Below are positions 41,366 through 50,133 of a DNA stretch of 61,302 nucleotides, in pieces (within the stretch, counting starts at the first letter, position 1; every line of letters begins with the position of its first letter). The notes under the pieces were generated by a model. The model was not told the origin of the DNA. It made no database searches and saw only the letters and a list, made by a program, of their open reading frames with translations. The position numbers were made by a program, and so were the translations under genes. The DNA is from Planctomycetales bacterium (lineage in GTDB: Bacteria > Planctomycetota > Planctomycetia > Pirellulales > Pirellulaceae). The stretch spans positions 1 to 61,302 of the forward strand of contig JAGQPS010000002.1 of the NCBI GenBank assembly GCA_020426595.1, in the 5' to 3' direction.

Positions 41366-44300
41366 ATGAACCGACTCCGAATTGACGACCTCCACGTCGT
41401 ATCTCCGGTTAATGAGTCCGAGCAGGATCAGAGTTTTGGAGCCGGCTTGCGGCGACGGCGGCCCAAGGAATTTCGTGGCGGTGCCGTCGAGGTGTTGGAA
41501 GCCAAGCAGATGCTATCCGCCACGGCGGCCGTAGTGCTCAAGAATGGGGTTTTGTCGGTCCGAGGCACGGAGCGAAATGATCGTATCGTCGTGGCGGAGA
41601 AGCGAGGGCTGATTCGTGTGTCGATCAATGGCCGCTCCGTCAATATTTCAAATGCCGGAAAGGCCGCGAAGGCGTCCGCGGTGAAGCGAGTCGAGGTGTC
41701 GGGTCTGGGAGGAAATGACCGAATTGATGTCCGAACTCTCCGGCGATCGGCGGTGTTGCGTGGTGGTGCCGGTAATGACACGTTGCTAGGCGGCGGTCGT
41801 GCTGATCGCCTCGATGGCGGAAGTGGCAATGACACACTCCGAGGCTACGCCGGAAACGATCGAATACTCGGCGGATCTGGCAACGACTCGATCGACGGTG
41901 GTTCGGGAAACGATTATCTCGACGGACAGTCGGGCAACGACCGCATCAAGGGCGGTACCGGAAACGACGTCTTGCAGGGCGGCAGCGGCACGGATTCGCT
42001 CTACGGAGGCTCGGGAAATGATCGACTCACCGGTGGCGACGGCGCGGATCGTCTGTTCGGTGAAGCGGGCGACGATCGGCTCTGGGGCGACAAGCAAGAT
42101 ACGGTTCTCGACGACCGTTCGGGGAGTGATCGAGTCTCGATAGCCAACTCGGCACCCACCGACATACTCCTGAGCGCGCGACGGCTGACCGAGGGTGTTA
42201 ACGGTGCCGAGATCGGGCGAATTACGGTGGTCGACGCGGATGTGAACGACCAACATACGCTGACCGTTTCCGACAGCCGCTTTGAAGTTTTCAACGGCGT
42301 ACTCAAGCTCAAGGACAACGTAGCGATCGATTTCGAGACGGAACCGTCGGTGCAAATCTCGATTACGGCGAAGGATTCAAGCCAAGCCACCAAGACATCC
42401 GTGTTTTCGATCGAGGTAATCGATCTCAACGAGCTACCTGTCATCGGCAATCTGAAAACACTGGAGATCGGGCGTGATTCGGCGAGCACGCTTGTTAACC
42501 TCAGCATTGTCGATCCGGACGGAGATGCCTTTGAGGTTCATGCCTCGTCGAGCAGTGATCAAGTCTCCGCGACTATCGTCAATAATGCGCTCAAACTCAC
42601 GCCTGCCCTAGGATTTGTTGGAACATCGACGATCACGGTTCAAGTCAAGGACAAGACATCGGGCAAGTCCCTCGAGAAGGAGTTCCAACTTGTCGTTCGT
42701 GGCACGCGAGCCGAATTGGTAAATGGCGTCTTGGCGATTCGCGGATCCAATCAGGCCGACCACATTCGACTCAACGCGGAAGGCGCTTCCACTTCCGGCA
42801 AACTCGTCGTTCTGGATGGCGAGGCCGTGATTGGCACTTTCGAGGCCAAGAACGTTCGAGCGATTCAAGTCGAAGCGGGCGCCGGAGATGACATCATCGA
42901 CCTGACACAGGCCGTGATGAGTGCTTGGGTCCATGGCGGAAGTGGCAACGACACCATCCATGGTGGTTCAGGAGCCGATCACCTGTTTGGCTCGACGGGA
43001 GTCGACAAGATCTACGGCAATTCCGGCGCGGATGTGATCTACGGAGGCGACGATCAGTTCAACGATAAGGGAGAGTTGGTCGGAGTGGTGGACGGAGGCA
43101 CGGATGTTGACTTCCTTTCCGAAGGTACCGGCCGCAAGCTAGTCGCCTCAACCGATGATCGAGACATCGAAGCCATGGACTTCGAGGAGCGATCCTACTT
43201 CGATCTGTTGCACCAGTTTCGAGATGCCCATGGCTTTGTAATCTCCCAGACCGGTGACGGAATCGACCAGCGTGGCGACGCCATGCTTTTCACCGGACTG
43301 GCGGCGACGTTGGCTGCCCAGCGTGGTGATTCCGGTGCGGTGCTCGAACTGCTCAAGACCTTGAAAGACGAGCCGTTTGTTGACGAACTTGGGCGAACTC
43401 GCCTCGTGAGACATCCCGAGGTTTGGGATTACGTCAATGAGAACGGAGTTTATGTGCGGGAACGCCATGCCCCCGTGACCAAGGACGGCGTTGTCGGTGT
43501 TATCTCGGCCGTCTACTACGCATTCAAGGCTGGCGGCATGACGGAAGAGGTCCGTTCGTTGGCCAAGGAGGTCGCGACAAAGTACATCGATTATCTAATC
43601 GCCAATAACTGGATGACGATCGACCGGTACCCAGAGCATTACTGGGAAACTCGAGAACTCCCATCCGACGAAAACGACCCCGACAGTGACAAGAAGTCGT
43701 ACTTCTCGAACGTCTTTGGCGAGGGTGGTACCCGGGTCATGTACAAGGGAGTCGACGGTTACGCGTTGATGCCCAACGACCGATACGCGCTGAAGAACGC
43801 CGCGGCGGAAATGGGAATCGCCACCCAAGGCTGGTCGGTATGGGGTGGCCTAGGGGTGACGTTGGGCAAGGTCCTGGGTGATACCACCGCCGACTTTATC
43901 AGCGGTGTCGCCGACGATCTCGGCGATTGGGCAAGCGAGCGCGTGGGTGTATTCCTCAAGAGTATCTCGTTTGACGAGAGCTATAGCTTTCATGTGATTC
44001 CGGGACTGGATTGGACCCTCGTCAAGGGCGACGTCAAGCTCGAGATCTCGTCAGCCAACCGTGCGGGTATCGCCAACCTCGTGGGCGACGCCATTCGGTC
44101 CACGATCAAGACTCTCTTGGGTTCCACCATCGACAATGGCACGGAACTGGTCGCCCTGGCTAAGCAACTCTCGGATCTCCAAGGTCGTATCGTCGACCAG
44201 TTGTTGGATTCACTCCCCTCGTGGCTGCAAGGTGATAAGTGGCGTCCCTTGGTTGGCGACGCGATCCAGCAAGTCCTACCTTGGCTCAGTGGTGATGTAT

Positions 44301-45781
44301 TCGGTGAGCTGATTGCCTTCACGGTCTCGCATCGCATGGGAGAGTCCGACAACATCGTGGCTCACCTTTCATTCTGGCCAACATTGGTGGCCCTTGAGTC
44401 TCGGCCTGAACTCGTCGATTTGCTCATGCCTTCGATTCGGAACCTCGACAAGAAACTGAATCCCAGTTCGAGCGATGATTTCTTCGACACCGGCGCCTCC
44501 AAGATGGACATGGCTCTCTATGCGTGGCTCGCCGGTGAAGACAAGTTGGTGAGCAAGTACATCGAGTTGTTTGAATCGGATCGTCGATTCGACGCTCTCG
44601 CCTATGCGTGGAAGAAGGACCACAAGGAAAACGTCGAAAAGATCCTCGGTGATGGCGCGGGCACGAAGGATTCGGGCAATCATCGCCTGGAATATTTGCT
44701 GCTCAAGTCGTTGCAGCGGAGAGGCACTCCGCCCGCGTTCAGCGCGATCAAGAACGACTGGATCAAGCATTGGCGGGAGCAACTGAAGGCAATCGGAGAT
44801 CAGGCGGCCAAGGCTTGGCAGGACCTAAAATCCAACTTGGTGAAATTCGCTCAGGCCCTCGCGAAAGAGTTTGGAGTCGGCCTGGACAAGATCGGCTCGG
44901 CTCTCTGGAAAGTTTCCCAAAGTGTCGAGGGAATCGCGGCGGCTCTTTGGTCGGTCGAACAAAACCTGGGCAAGGTGGCCGCGACGCTCTGGAGCTTGAA
45001 ACCCGATCTAGGGCAAGTCGCATCGGCGCTTTGGAGCGTCAAGCAAGATGCCGTGCAAGTCTTCCAAGCAATGCTCAACGGAGCCAAGGTTGGGTTCGTT
45101 GACGCCATTCAAGCGGTCGTCGATGGCAAGCTCATTTCGGGCAACGCCGCCAGCGTGGCGAAGTTCTTGATCCTCGACGTGAAGACGGGCATTGGTACGG
45201 GAATCCTGCAACTCAAGAACTGGCTCAATGGCGATCTCGCCGGAGCTTTTTGGGGCGCGGTCAACGGTGCCAACTTGGGTTGGAAGGATGCGTTGAATGG
45301 CCTAACTTCCTCGGGCTTGGTTGCGAACAATTCCTACGAAATGGCCAAGTTCCTACTCAACACCGCCAAAGCGAATTTGAGTACCACGGCGACCGCCATC
45401 TCTCAATGGCTCAACGGAAACGTCAGTGCCGCCTTCTGGGCGATCTGCACTGGAGCGGGCAAGTCGCTCAAGGACGCGGTCAACGGAATCGTCTGGGCGG
45501 GACTCGTGAAGAACAACTCCTACGAAGTCGCCAAGTTCCTCCTCAACTCCGCCGGTGCCGGACTCTCCAAGACCGCCAAGGCGATCTCCGACTGGCTGGG
45601 TGGCGATCGTGATGCCGCCTTCTGGGCGATCGCATCCGGAGCTGGGAAGGGGTATGTCGACGCGACAAAGGCCCTGATCTGGGCTGATCTCCTCGGCAAC
45701 TCGTATACGACGGTGCTGAATTACCTTAAGTCGAAGCTTGGCCTTACCAGCGCTTTGAAAGTCGTCAACAGCATCTTCTAG
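41366..45781 (+). CDS. Large RTX (hemolysin-type calcium-binding repeat) protein with cadherin/Ig-like modules and a repeat-rich C-terminus
   Basis: 1471 aa. The N-terminal block has about 12 GGxGxD nonapeptides (GGAGNDTLLGG...GGSGNDRLTGGDGADRLFGEAGDDRLWGD). A cadherin-like module (ITVVDADVNDQHTL...VIDLNELPV) and a second RTX block (HGGSGNDTIHGGSGADHLFG...) follow. Next come ~700 aa of unknown function and then two kinds of tandem repeat. Confidence 0.9.
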   Translation: MNRLRIDDLHVVSPVNESEQDQSFGAGLRRRRPKEFRGGAVEVLEAKQMLSATAAVVLKNGVLSVRGTERNDRIVVAEKRGLIRVSINGRSVNISNAGKAAKASAVKRVEVSGLGGNDRIDVRTLRRSAVLRGGAGNDTLLGGGRADRLDGGSGNDTLRGYAGNDRILGGSGNDSIDGGSGNDYLDGQSGNDRIKGGTGNDVLQGGSGTDSLYGGSGNDRLTGGDGADRLFGEAGDDRLWGDKQDTVLDDRSGSDRVSIANSAPTDILLSARRLTEGVNGAEIGRITVVDADVNDQHTLTVSDSRFEVFNGVLKLKDNVAIDFETEPSVQISITAKDSSQATKTSVFSIEVIDLNELPVIGNLKTLEIGRDSASTLVNLSIVDPDGDAFEVHASSSSDQVSATIVNNALKLTPALGFVGTSTITVQVKDKTSGKSLEKEFQLVVRGTRAELVNGVLAIRGSNQADHIRLNAEGASTSGKLVVLDGEAVIGTFEAKNVRAIQVEAGAGDDIIDLTQAVMSAWVHGGSGNDTIHGGSGADHLFGSTGVDKIYGNSGADVIYGGDDQFNDKGELVGVVDGGTDVDFLSEGTGRKLVASTDDRDIEAMDFEERSYFDLLHQFRDAHGFVISQTGDGIDQRGDAMLFTGLAATLAAQRGDSGAVLELLKTLKDEPFVDELGRTRLVRHPEVWDYVNENGVYVRERHAPVTKDGVVGVISAVYYAFKAGGMTEEVRSLAKEVATKYIDYLIANNWMTIDRYPEHYWETRELPSDENDPDSDKKSYFSNVFGEGGTRVMYKGVDGYALMPNDRYALKNAAAEMGIATQGWSVWGGLGVTLGKVLGDTTADFISGVADDLGDWASERVGVFLKSISFDESYSFHVIPGLDWTLVKGDVKLEISSANRAGIANLVGDAIRSTIKTLLGSTIDNGTELVALAKQLSDLQGRIVDQLLDSLPSWLQGDKWRPLVGDAIQQVLPWLSGDVFGELIAFTVSHRMGESDNIVAHLSFWPTLVALESRPELVDLLMPSIRNLDKKLNPSSSDDFFDTGASKMDMALYAWLAGEDKLVSKYIELFESDRRFDALAYAWKKDHKENVEKILGDGAGTKDSGNHRLEYLLLKSLQRRGTPPAFSAIKNDWIKHWREQLKAIGDQAAKAWQDLKSNLVKFAQALAKEFGVGLDKIGSALWKVSQSVEGIAAALWSVEQNLGKVAATLWSLKPDLGQVASALWSVKQDAVQVFQAMLNGAKVGFVDAIQAVVDGKLISGNAASVAKFLILDVKTGIGTGILQLKNWLNGDLAGAFWGAVNGANLGWKDALNGLTSSGLVANNSYEMAKFLLNTAKANLSTTATAISQWLNGNVSAAFWAICTGAGKSLKDAVNGIVWAGLVKNNSYEVAKFLLNSAGAGLSKTAKAISDWLGGDRDAAFWAIASGAGKGYVDATKALIWADLLGNSYTTVLNYLKSKLGLTSALKVVNSIF
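44891..45058 (+). repeat. Intragenic 4 x 42-bp (14-aa) tandem repeat in RTX protein 1
   Basis: The units are IGSALWKVSQSVEG, IAAALWSVEQNLGK, VAATLWSLKPDLGQ and VASALWSVKQDAVQ. Confidence 0.85.
45158..45715 (+). repeat. Intragenic 3 x 186-bp (62-aa) tandem repeat in RTX protein 1
   Basis: The unit is AKFL(I/L)L..........I..WL(N/G)G.....AFW.A..GA.....DA.....W..L..NNSYE. Copies start at 45158, 45344 and 45530, and a half unit precedes them. Confidence 0.85.
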
Positions 45782-45876
45782 TTGTTGTCGATCCCCAGTC
45801 TTGTTCGTCGCCTAAGTCGACCTCCATCAGCTTCGCTGAATCGTTATCCCATAAGACTCTCGAGGAGTTCCTAGCC

Positions 45877-46080
45877 ATGCCGAACCAACCAGCAATCACC
45901 GAGGGTGCGTTGCCGGACGATCGTCCGATGAAGGCCGCCATGGAACCTGATTCGCCCGATCCTGGGCCAGTGTTTGGAGCGGATGTCGATCCTTCCGAGG
46001 ATTGGGACCGCTCCGTTTCCAGCGATGCCACGGAATCGCAATTCGATTCGATTGAGCCTGTTTCAGGCGAAGCCGAGTAA
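45877..46080 (+). CDS. Small, very acidic Pro/Asp-rich hypothetical protein (67 aa)
   Basis: GAGGAG lies 9 nt upstream of the ATG. The gene starts 95 bp downstream of RTX gene 1. Its composition resembles the ORF at 49871..50122 (many DP, EP and SD dipeptides, with few basic residues: three Arg and one Lys). Confidence 0.4.
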   Translation: MPNQPAITEGALPDDRPMKAAMEPDSPDPGPVFGADVDPSEDWDRSVSSDATESQFDSIEPVSGEAE

Positions 46081-46578
46081 GCAACGACAAACGACCCAGT
46101 CGTTTGGTTCCACTCGAACCGTTGAGCTGGGCGAAAGTGATGTCGGCTTGGTGGACACAAGCGATGGTCACCGCGCCCCGCTTTCAACGTTTGATTGACC
46201 TTCAAGCATGGCAATCCTCTGGCCTGCCGAGGCGCTTGGAGTTGGGGTTCCGAGCCCCCGCATAGGTGCCTTGGGATGCGCCAAACCGCTTCTAACCTCA
46301 CCCGCACATGTTTCTCGGGACGCTTGATGCGGCATGCTCCCCTATTTCGGGTTTGCCTCGAACGCCGCACGACTCGCGGATGACAATCCGTTGATAACTG
46401 AGTTTTATTCCTGACCGCGCGACCTGACGGCGTTCGCTCTTCGATTCACTTAGGTCGATTTCCTAGGAAATGCCTGGTTGGTACTTTCCGAGCGAGGCCC
46501 CCGGGATGGACAATCCTGCCGCCTCCCTACCAAGACCTTGACGGTTCGCCAAAATGCCTCTCATAAGGATCGAGGGCC

Positions 46579-49500
46579 ATGAGTCGTCTCACTATCACTG
46601 ATCTCGTCATTTCATCGACTCCGAGTCTCGAGGATCAAGACCAGCAATTCGGAGCCGGTATTCGTCGGCGACGTTTGCGGGAATTCCAGTCAGCGACGGC
46701 GGAAGTGCTCGAGTCGAAGCAGATGCTCTCGGCGACGGCGACCGCGGTGTTCAAGAACGGCGTCCTGACGGTGAATGGCACGAGCCGCAGCGAGAAGATC
46801 GCGGTTACCGAAAACAAAGGCCAACTCCGAGTCCAAGTCAACGGCAAGAGCCTGCGGATCGCGGGGGCCGGCAGCCAGGTCGCCGCGACTCGAGTGAAAC
46901 AAGTGGCGGTCAACGGCAAGGCCGGCAACGATCGCATCGATGTTTCGTCCGTCAATCGAGTAACTAGGCTCGATGGCGGAGCGGGCAATGACACGATCCT
47001 TGGCGGCAAGAAAGGTGACACGATTTTCGGTGGATCGGGCAATGATCGACTCTACGGCCGAGCCGGCAATGACCGGATTTTCGGTGGGTCGGGCAACGAC
47101 CTCCTCGAGGGTGGATCGGGCAATGACTTTCTCGACGGACAATCGGGAAAGGACCGCATTAAGGGTGGCAGCGGGAACGATACGCTCAAGGGTGGAACGG
47201 AAAACGATCAGTTGATCGGCAACGAGGGGTCCGACCGACTGTATGGCGAATCGGGTGATGACGTTTTGATCGGAGGCGACTCCACCGACGTGTTGTATGG
47301 AGGTGCTGGGAACGATGAGTACATGGTCGGGAACGATGGCGACACAAGCGTCATTCGGGACGACCAGAAGGTTGAGGCCAATGATGGGAGCATCGAGAAA
47401 TTCATCAGCAAGCCGAAGGTAAACGTCAACTCTGTCAACACTCGGCGACCGACCCTGTTGGTAATCACACAAGGAGCGGCCACGACCAATGTTGGTGGGG
47501 CTGGCACGGGACGCCATGTGTATCCGTGGCAAGAGACCTTGGCTCAAGCGATGGAGGACGACTTGCGCAAGGCGGGCTCGCAAGTCCACACCATGGTCGT
47601 GAGCTGGAATTCCCTCGCTACGAATACGACTCAAACTGAGCGAGTCGCCAACCACATCAAGGAGTTTCTCGCCGCTCGATCCCAGCAGTGGGATGTTGTA
47701 TTGGTCGGACATAGCCGAGGAGCGATCTTCAACCAAGAGATTGCGGGACTTCTGGGCGATCCCAAGAACATGAATGTGTTGCAACACGTCATGATCGACC
47801 CGACGGCCGCGACTTCGATGGGCGATCAATATCCTCAGGGAACACCTAGGAATGTCGATCGAGCCATTGTCTACGACGATGGCTATCAGTTTCTTCCATT
47901 CGCGGCTGTTCGTGATGGTGAGCGAGTTGCCGGAGCGGAGTATCAACGAGTATCGCTGCCGGATACCGGGTATTACGATACCGCGGCGAGTCACAATCGA
48001 ATCGCTAAGTGGTATGCCCAAGGCGCTTACCATGCGGATCTTGACTGGCTGCTCTCGCAGAAGTCGACCGGACGGTATGCCGGCGAACAGACGAGTGACA
48101 ATGGTCGCGAATATGTCAGTGTCTCTGGCCCGGCCAAGGAACAGAACCTGATCGACGTCGGCTTCGATCCCAATCGCAACGGCGACATGCATGGTTACAT
48201 CAGCGTGCTGGGCGTCGGTGGAGTCGACATCAAGATCGGCAAGAGTGGGGTGCAAGCCGGAGGCGGCGTGACTTTTGGTGGATCAGCGGGAGTCGGCCTT
48301 TCCCAGGATGGCGTTTCGATCCATGTCACCGGTCCCGGTGCCGGGCCGCTCAATTACGGCTACGGGGTTGTCATCACCAAGGACGAGGCCACGGTCAACG
48401 CGGATGTCGGACCGCTCAATATCACGCTCAGCACCAAGGGTGGATCGATCTATGTCGGCGGAAAGAGAATCACGTTCAACAAGACGGTCGACAAGGCGGG
48501 CAAGTGGGTCGTAAACCAAATCCTGGCTTCGCGCGAACGCATCTCGACCACGCTGCAGAACTTCGAGCGCGTTCGGATCGAGAAGTTCGATCAAGCCGGA
48601 AAGCTCGTGGCCAAAGGCTGGAAGAATGGCTCGCAATGGGTGTCCCAGTCACTCAACAGCGCTGGCAAGGTATTGCTTCAGTGGACCTACCACGGCGGGT
48701 ATGGTTCGGCTCTCAAGATCTTGTCGCAATACGATGCTCAAGGAGCATTGTTGGCCACCCAGGAATTCGCCACGAATGGCGTTCGCTTGATCAACAAGTA
48801 CATCAACTCAAGCGGTCAGTGGGTCTCGCAGAAGTTCGATTCGGCCGGAAAGATGGTGAGCGAGTGGATTTATCACGGCAAACTCGGCTCTCAGCTCAAG
48901 CAATGGCGGGCCTGGACCTCGGCCGGCTTATCGAATTGGAAGGAATACGCAACCAATGGAGTGATGGTCGCCGAACGGTTCCTCGACAGTGCAGGGAAGT
49001 GGATCTCCAAGTCGTTCGACACCGCTGGCAAGCTGCTCAATCAGTGGAGCTACTTTGGCGGTTACGGGTCGGCGCTCCAGCAATGGAAATCGTGGAACGC
49101 CGCCGGAACATTCACCGGCATGCGGGAGTACCTCTCCAACGGAGTCAAGACTCTTGATCGTTGGTTGAACTCGAGTGGCAACTGGATCTCGCAGAAATTC
49201 AACTCGACTGGTCGGCTCGTAAATGAATGGATGTACCACGGCGGATACGGCTCCGTTCTGAAGCAATACAAAGCCTGGAGCGCGTCGGGGACGTTCACCA
49301 ACTGGTCTGAGTACTCGACCAACGGTGTCAAGACAGCCACTCGCTGGCTCGATTCAAGGGGACGGTGGATTTCCCAACGCCTTAACAGCGCGGGCAAGGT
49401 CCTCAATCAATGGCTCTACTTCGGAGGCTATGGCTCGAAGCTCCAGGAATGGGCCGAATGGTCGAGCGGCGGCAAGTTGCTCAATCTCGAGCGGTTCGCG

Positions 49501-49695
49501 ACCAACGGACTCAAGACCCTCGACGCTTACTGGTCAACCGCCGGCAATTGGGTGGAACGCACCTATCAGGACGGTAAGGAGATCGCCGTGAAGATCTGGG
49601 ACTCGGCCGGAAAGTACTTGGGCGACCAGTACAAGAACTTCAAGGACGCCGCGTCCAAGTTGGATCCGACCACAAAGAACTGGTGGCCATTCTAA
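46579..49695 (+). CDS. RTX protein with an alpha/beta-hydrolase (lipase-like) domain and C-terminal ~60-aa tandem repeats
   Basis: 1038 aa. The first ~240 aa are collinear with RTX protein 1, including the GGxGxD block. The central region has a nucleophile elbow VLVGHSRGA (GxSxG). The C-terminal repeats are listed separately. Confidence 0.9.
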   Translation: MSRLTITDLVISSTPSLEDQDQQFGAGIRRRRLREFQSATAEVLESKQMLSATATAVFKNGVLTVNGTSRSEKIAVTENKGQLRVQVNGKSLRIAGAGSQVAATRVKQVAVNGKAGNDRIDVSSVNRVTRLDGGAGNDTILGGKKGDTIFGGSGNDRLYGRAGNDRIFGGSGNDLLEGGSGNDFLDGQSGKDRIKGGSGNDTLKGGTENDQLIGNEGSDRLYGESGDDVLIGGDSTDVLYGGAGNDEYMVGNDGDTSVIRDDQKVEANDGSIEKFISKPKVNVNSVNTRRPTLLVITQGAATTNVGGAGTGRHVYPWQETLAQAMEDDLRKAGSQVHTMVVSWNSLATNTTQTERVANHIKEFLAARSQQWDVVLVGHSRGAIFNQEIAGLLGDPKNMNVLQHVMIDPTAATSMGDQYPQGTPRNVDRAIVYDDGYQFLPFAAVRDGERVAGAEYQRVSLPDTGYYDTAASHNRIAKWYAQGAYHADLDWLLSQKSTGRYAGEQTSDNGREYVSVSGPAKEQNLIDVGFDPNRNGDMHGYISVLGVGGVDIKIGKSGVQAGGGVTFGGSAGVGLSQDGVSIHVTGPGAGPLNYGYGVVITKDEATVNADVGPLNITLSTKGGSIYVGGKRITFNKTVDKAGKWVVNQILASRERISTTLQNFERVRIEKFDQAGKLVAKGWKNGSQWVSQSLNSAGKVLLQWTYHGGYGSALKILSQYDAQGALLATQEFATNGVRLINKYINSSGQWVSQKFDSAGKMVSEWIYHGKLGSQLKQWRAWTSAGLSNWKEYATNGVMVAERFLDSAGKWISKSFDTAGKLLNQWSYFGGYGSALQQWKSWNAAGTFTGMREYLSNGVKTLDRWLNSSGNWISQKFNSTGRLVNEWMYHGGYGSVLKQYKAWSASGTFTNWSEYSTNGVKTATRWLDSRGRWISQRLNSAGKVLNQWLYFGGYGSKLQEWAEWSSGGKLLNLERFATNGLKTLDAYWSTAGNWVERTYQDGKEIAVKIWDSAGKYLGDQYKNFKDAASKLDPTTKNWWPF
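48625..49533 (+). repeat. Intragenic tandem repeat: 5 full units of ~60-61 aa, plus partial units on both sides
   Basis: The unit is (N/D)S.G.W(I/V)SQ.F(N/D)(S/T)AGK....W.Y.GGYGS.L.QW..W...G.......EY.TNGV.....(W/F)L. Confidence 0.85.
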
Positions 49696-49707
49696 GGAGC
49701 CTTGACT

Positions 49708-49740
49708 CGGCCACCCGGTTGATCGCCGGGTGGCCGTTTT
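49708..49740 (+). terminator. Probable Rho-independent terminator or attenuator after RTX gene 2
   Basis: cggccacccgg-ttgatcg-ccgggtggccg forms an 11-bp GC-rich stem, followed by tttt cctggtttt. It lies 13 nt after the stop at 49695. Confidence 0.65.
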
Positions 49741-49870
49741 CCTGGTTTTGATCCGACTGACGCACTAGCGCATGTCGAGCGATTTTTCTGTTCGGCGAGA
49801 ATGAAATCATCGCCTCCCACTCGTAAGCCATCCGAACCTGTTCGACGACCAATACTCAAAGGCTTCTTCC

Positions 49871-50122
49871 ATGTCCTCCGAGACGACCTCGTCAATCAAT
49901 GTGTCCGACACGATCCCGGCCGATCGCCAAGTTCTCAGTCAGGATGATAAGACCGACCTAGCCGAAGCGATTGGCCAGACGGGATCGCCCGGTATCGAAG
50001 ATGACCCAGCATTCGATCCAGAACCTTCCATCGGGCCGGATTCCGATCTCATCGACTCGCCCGTTGATGTTGATCCTCTCGCCGATCCAGGGGTCGAGGA
50101 ATCCATCGATGCTACCGAGTAG
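49871..50122 (+). CDS. Small, very acidic Pro/Asp-rich hypothetical protein (83 aa)
   Basis: ATG start with only a weak SD site. It ends 12 nt before the GTG of the cNMP/C39 ORF. Its composition resembles 45877..46080 (DDPAFDPEPSIGPDSDLIDSPVDVDPLADPG). Confidence 0.4.
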   Translation: MSSETTSSINVSDTIPADRQVLSQDDKTDLAEAIGQTGSPGIEDDPAFDPEPSIGPDSDLIDSPVDVDPLADPGVEESIDATE

Positions 50123-50133
50123 ATCGTGAGTCG

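Noticed and set aside
41440-41470. The RRRR stretch after FGAG in both RTX proteins read as a twin-arginine (Tat) signal
   Set aside because: It lacks the S/T-R-R-x-F-L-K context. No uninterrupted hydrophobic h-region or AxA site follows. Calcium-dependent RTX folding is also hard to reconcile with Tat export of folded proteins.
41700-42100. Periodic 27-nt DNA repeats that could be mistaken for a CRISPR-like or satellite array (also 46950..47300)
   Set aside because: They are the nonapeptide RTX repeats of a continuous ORF. The units are degenerate and contiguous, with no unique spacers and no cas genes in the window.
46690-48255. 521-aa ORF on the minus strand, plus the shorter antisense ORFs at 41786..42355, 42001..42507 and 46635..47042
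   Set aside because: These are antisense to the RTX genes. The periodic GGxGxD coding repeats keep the opposite strand open, and no independent start or motif evidence exists.
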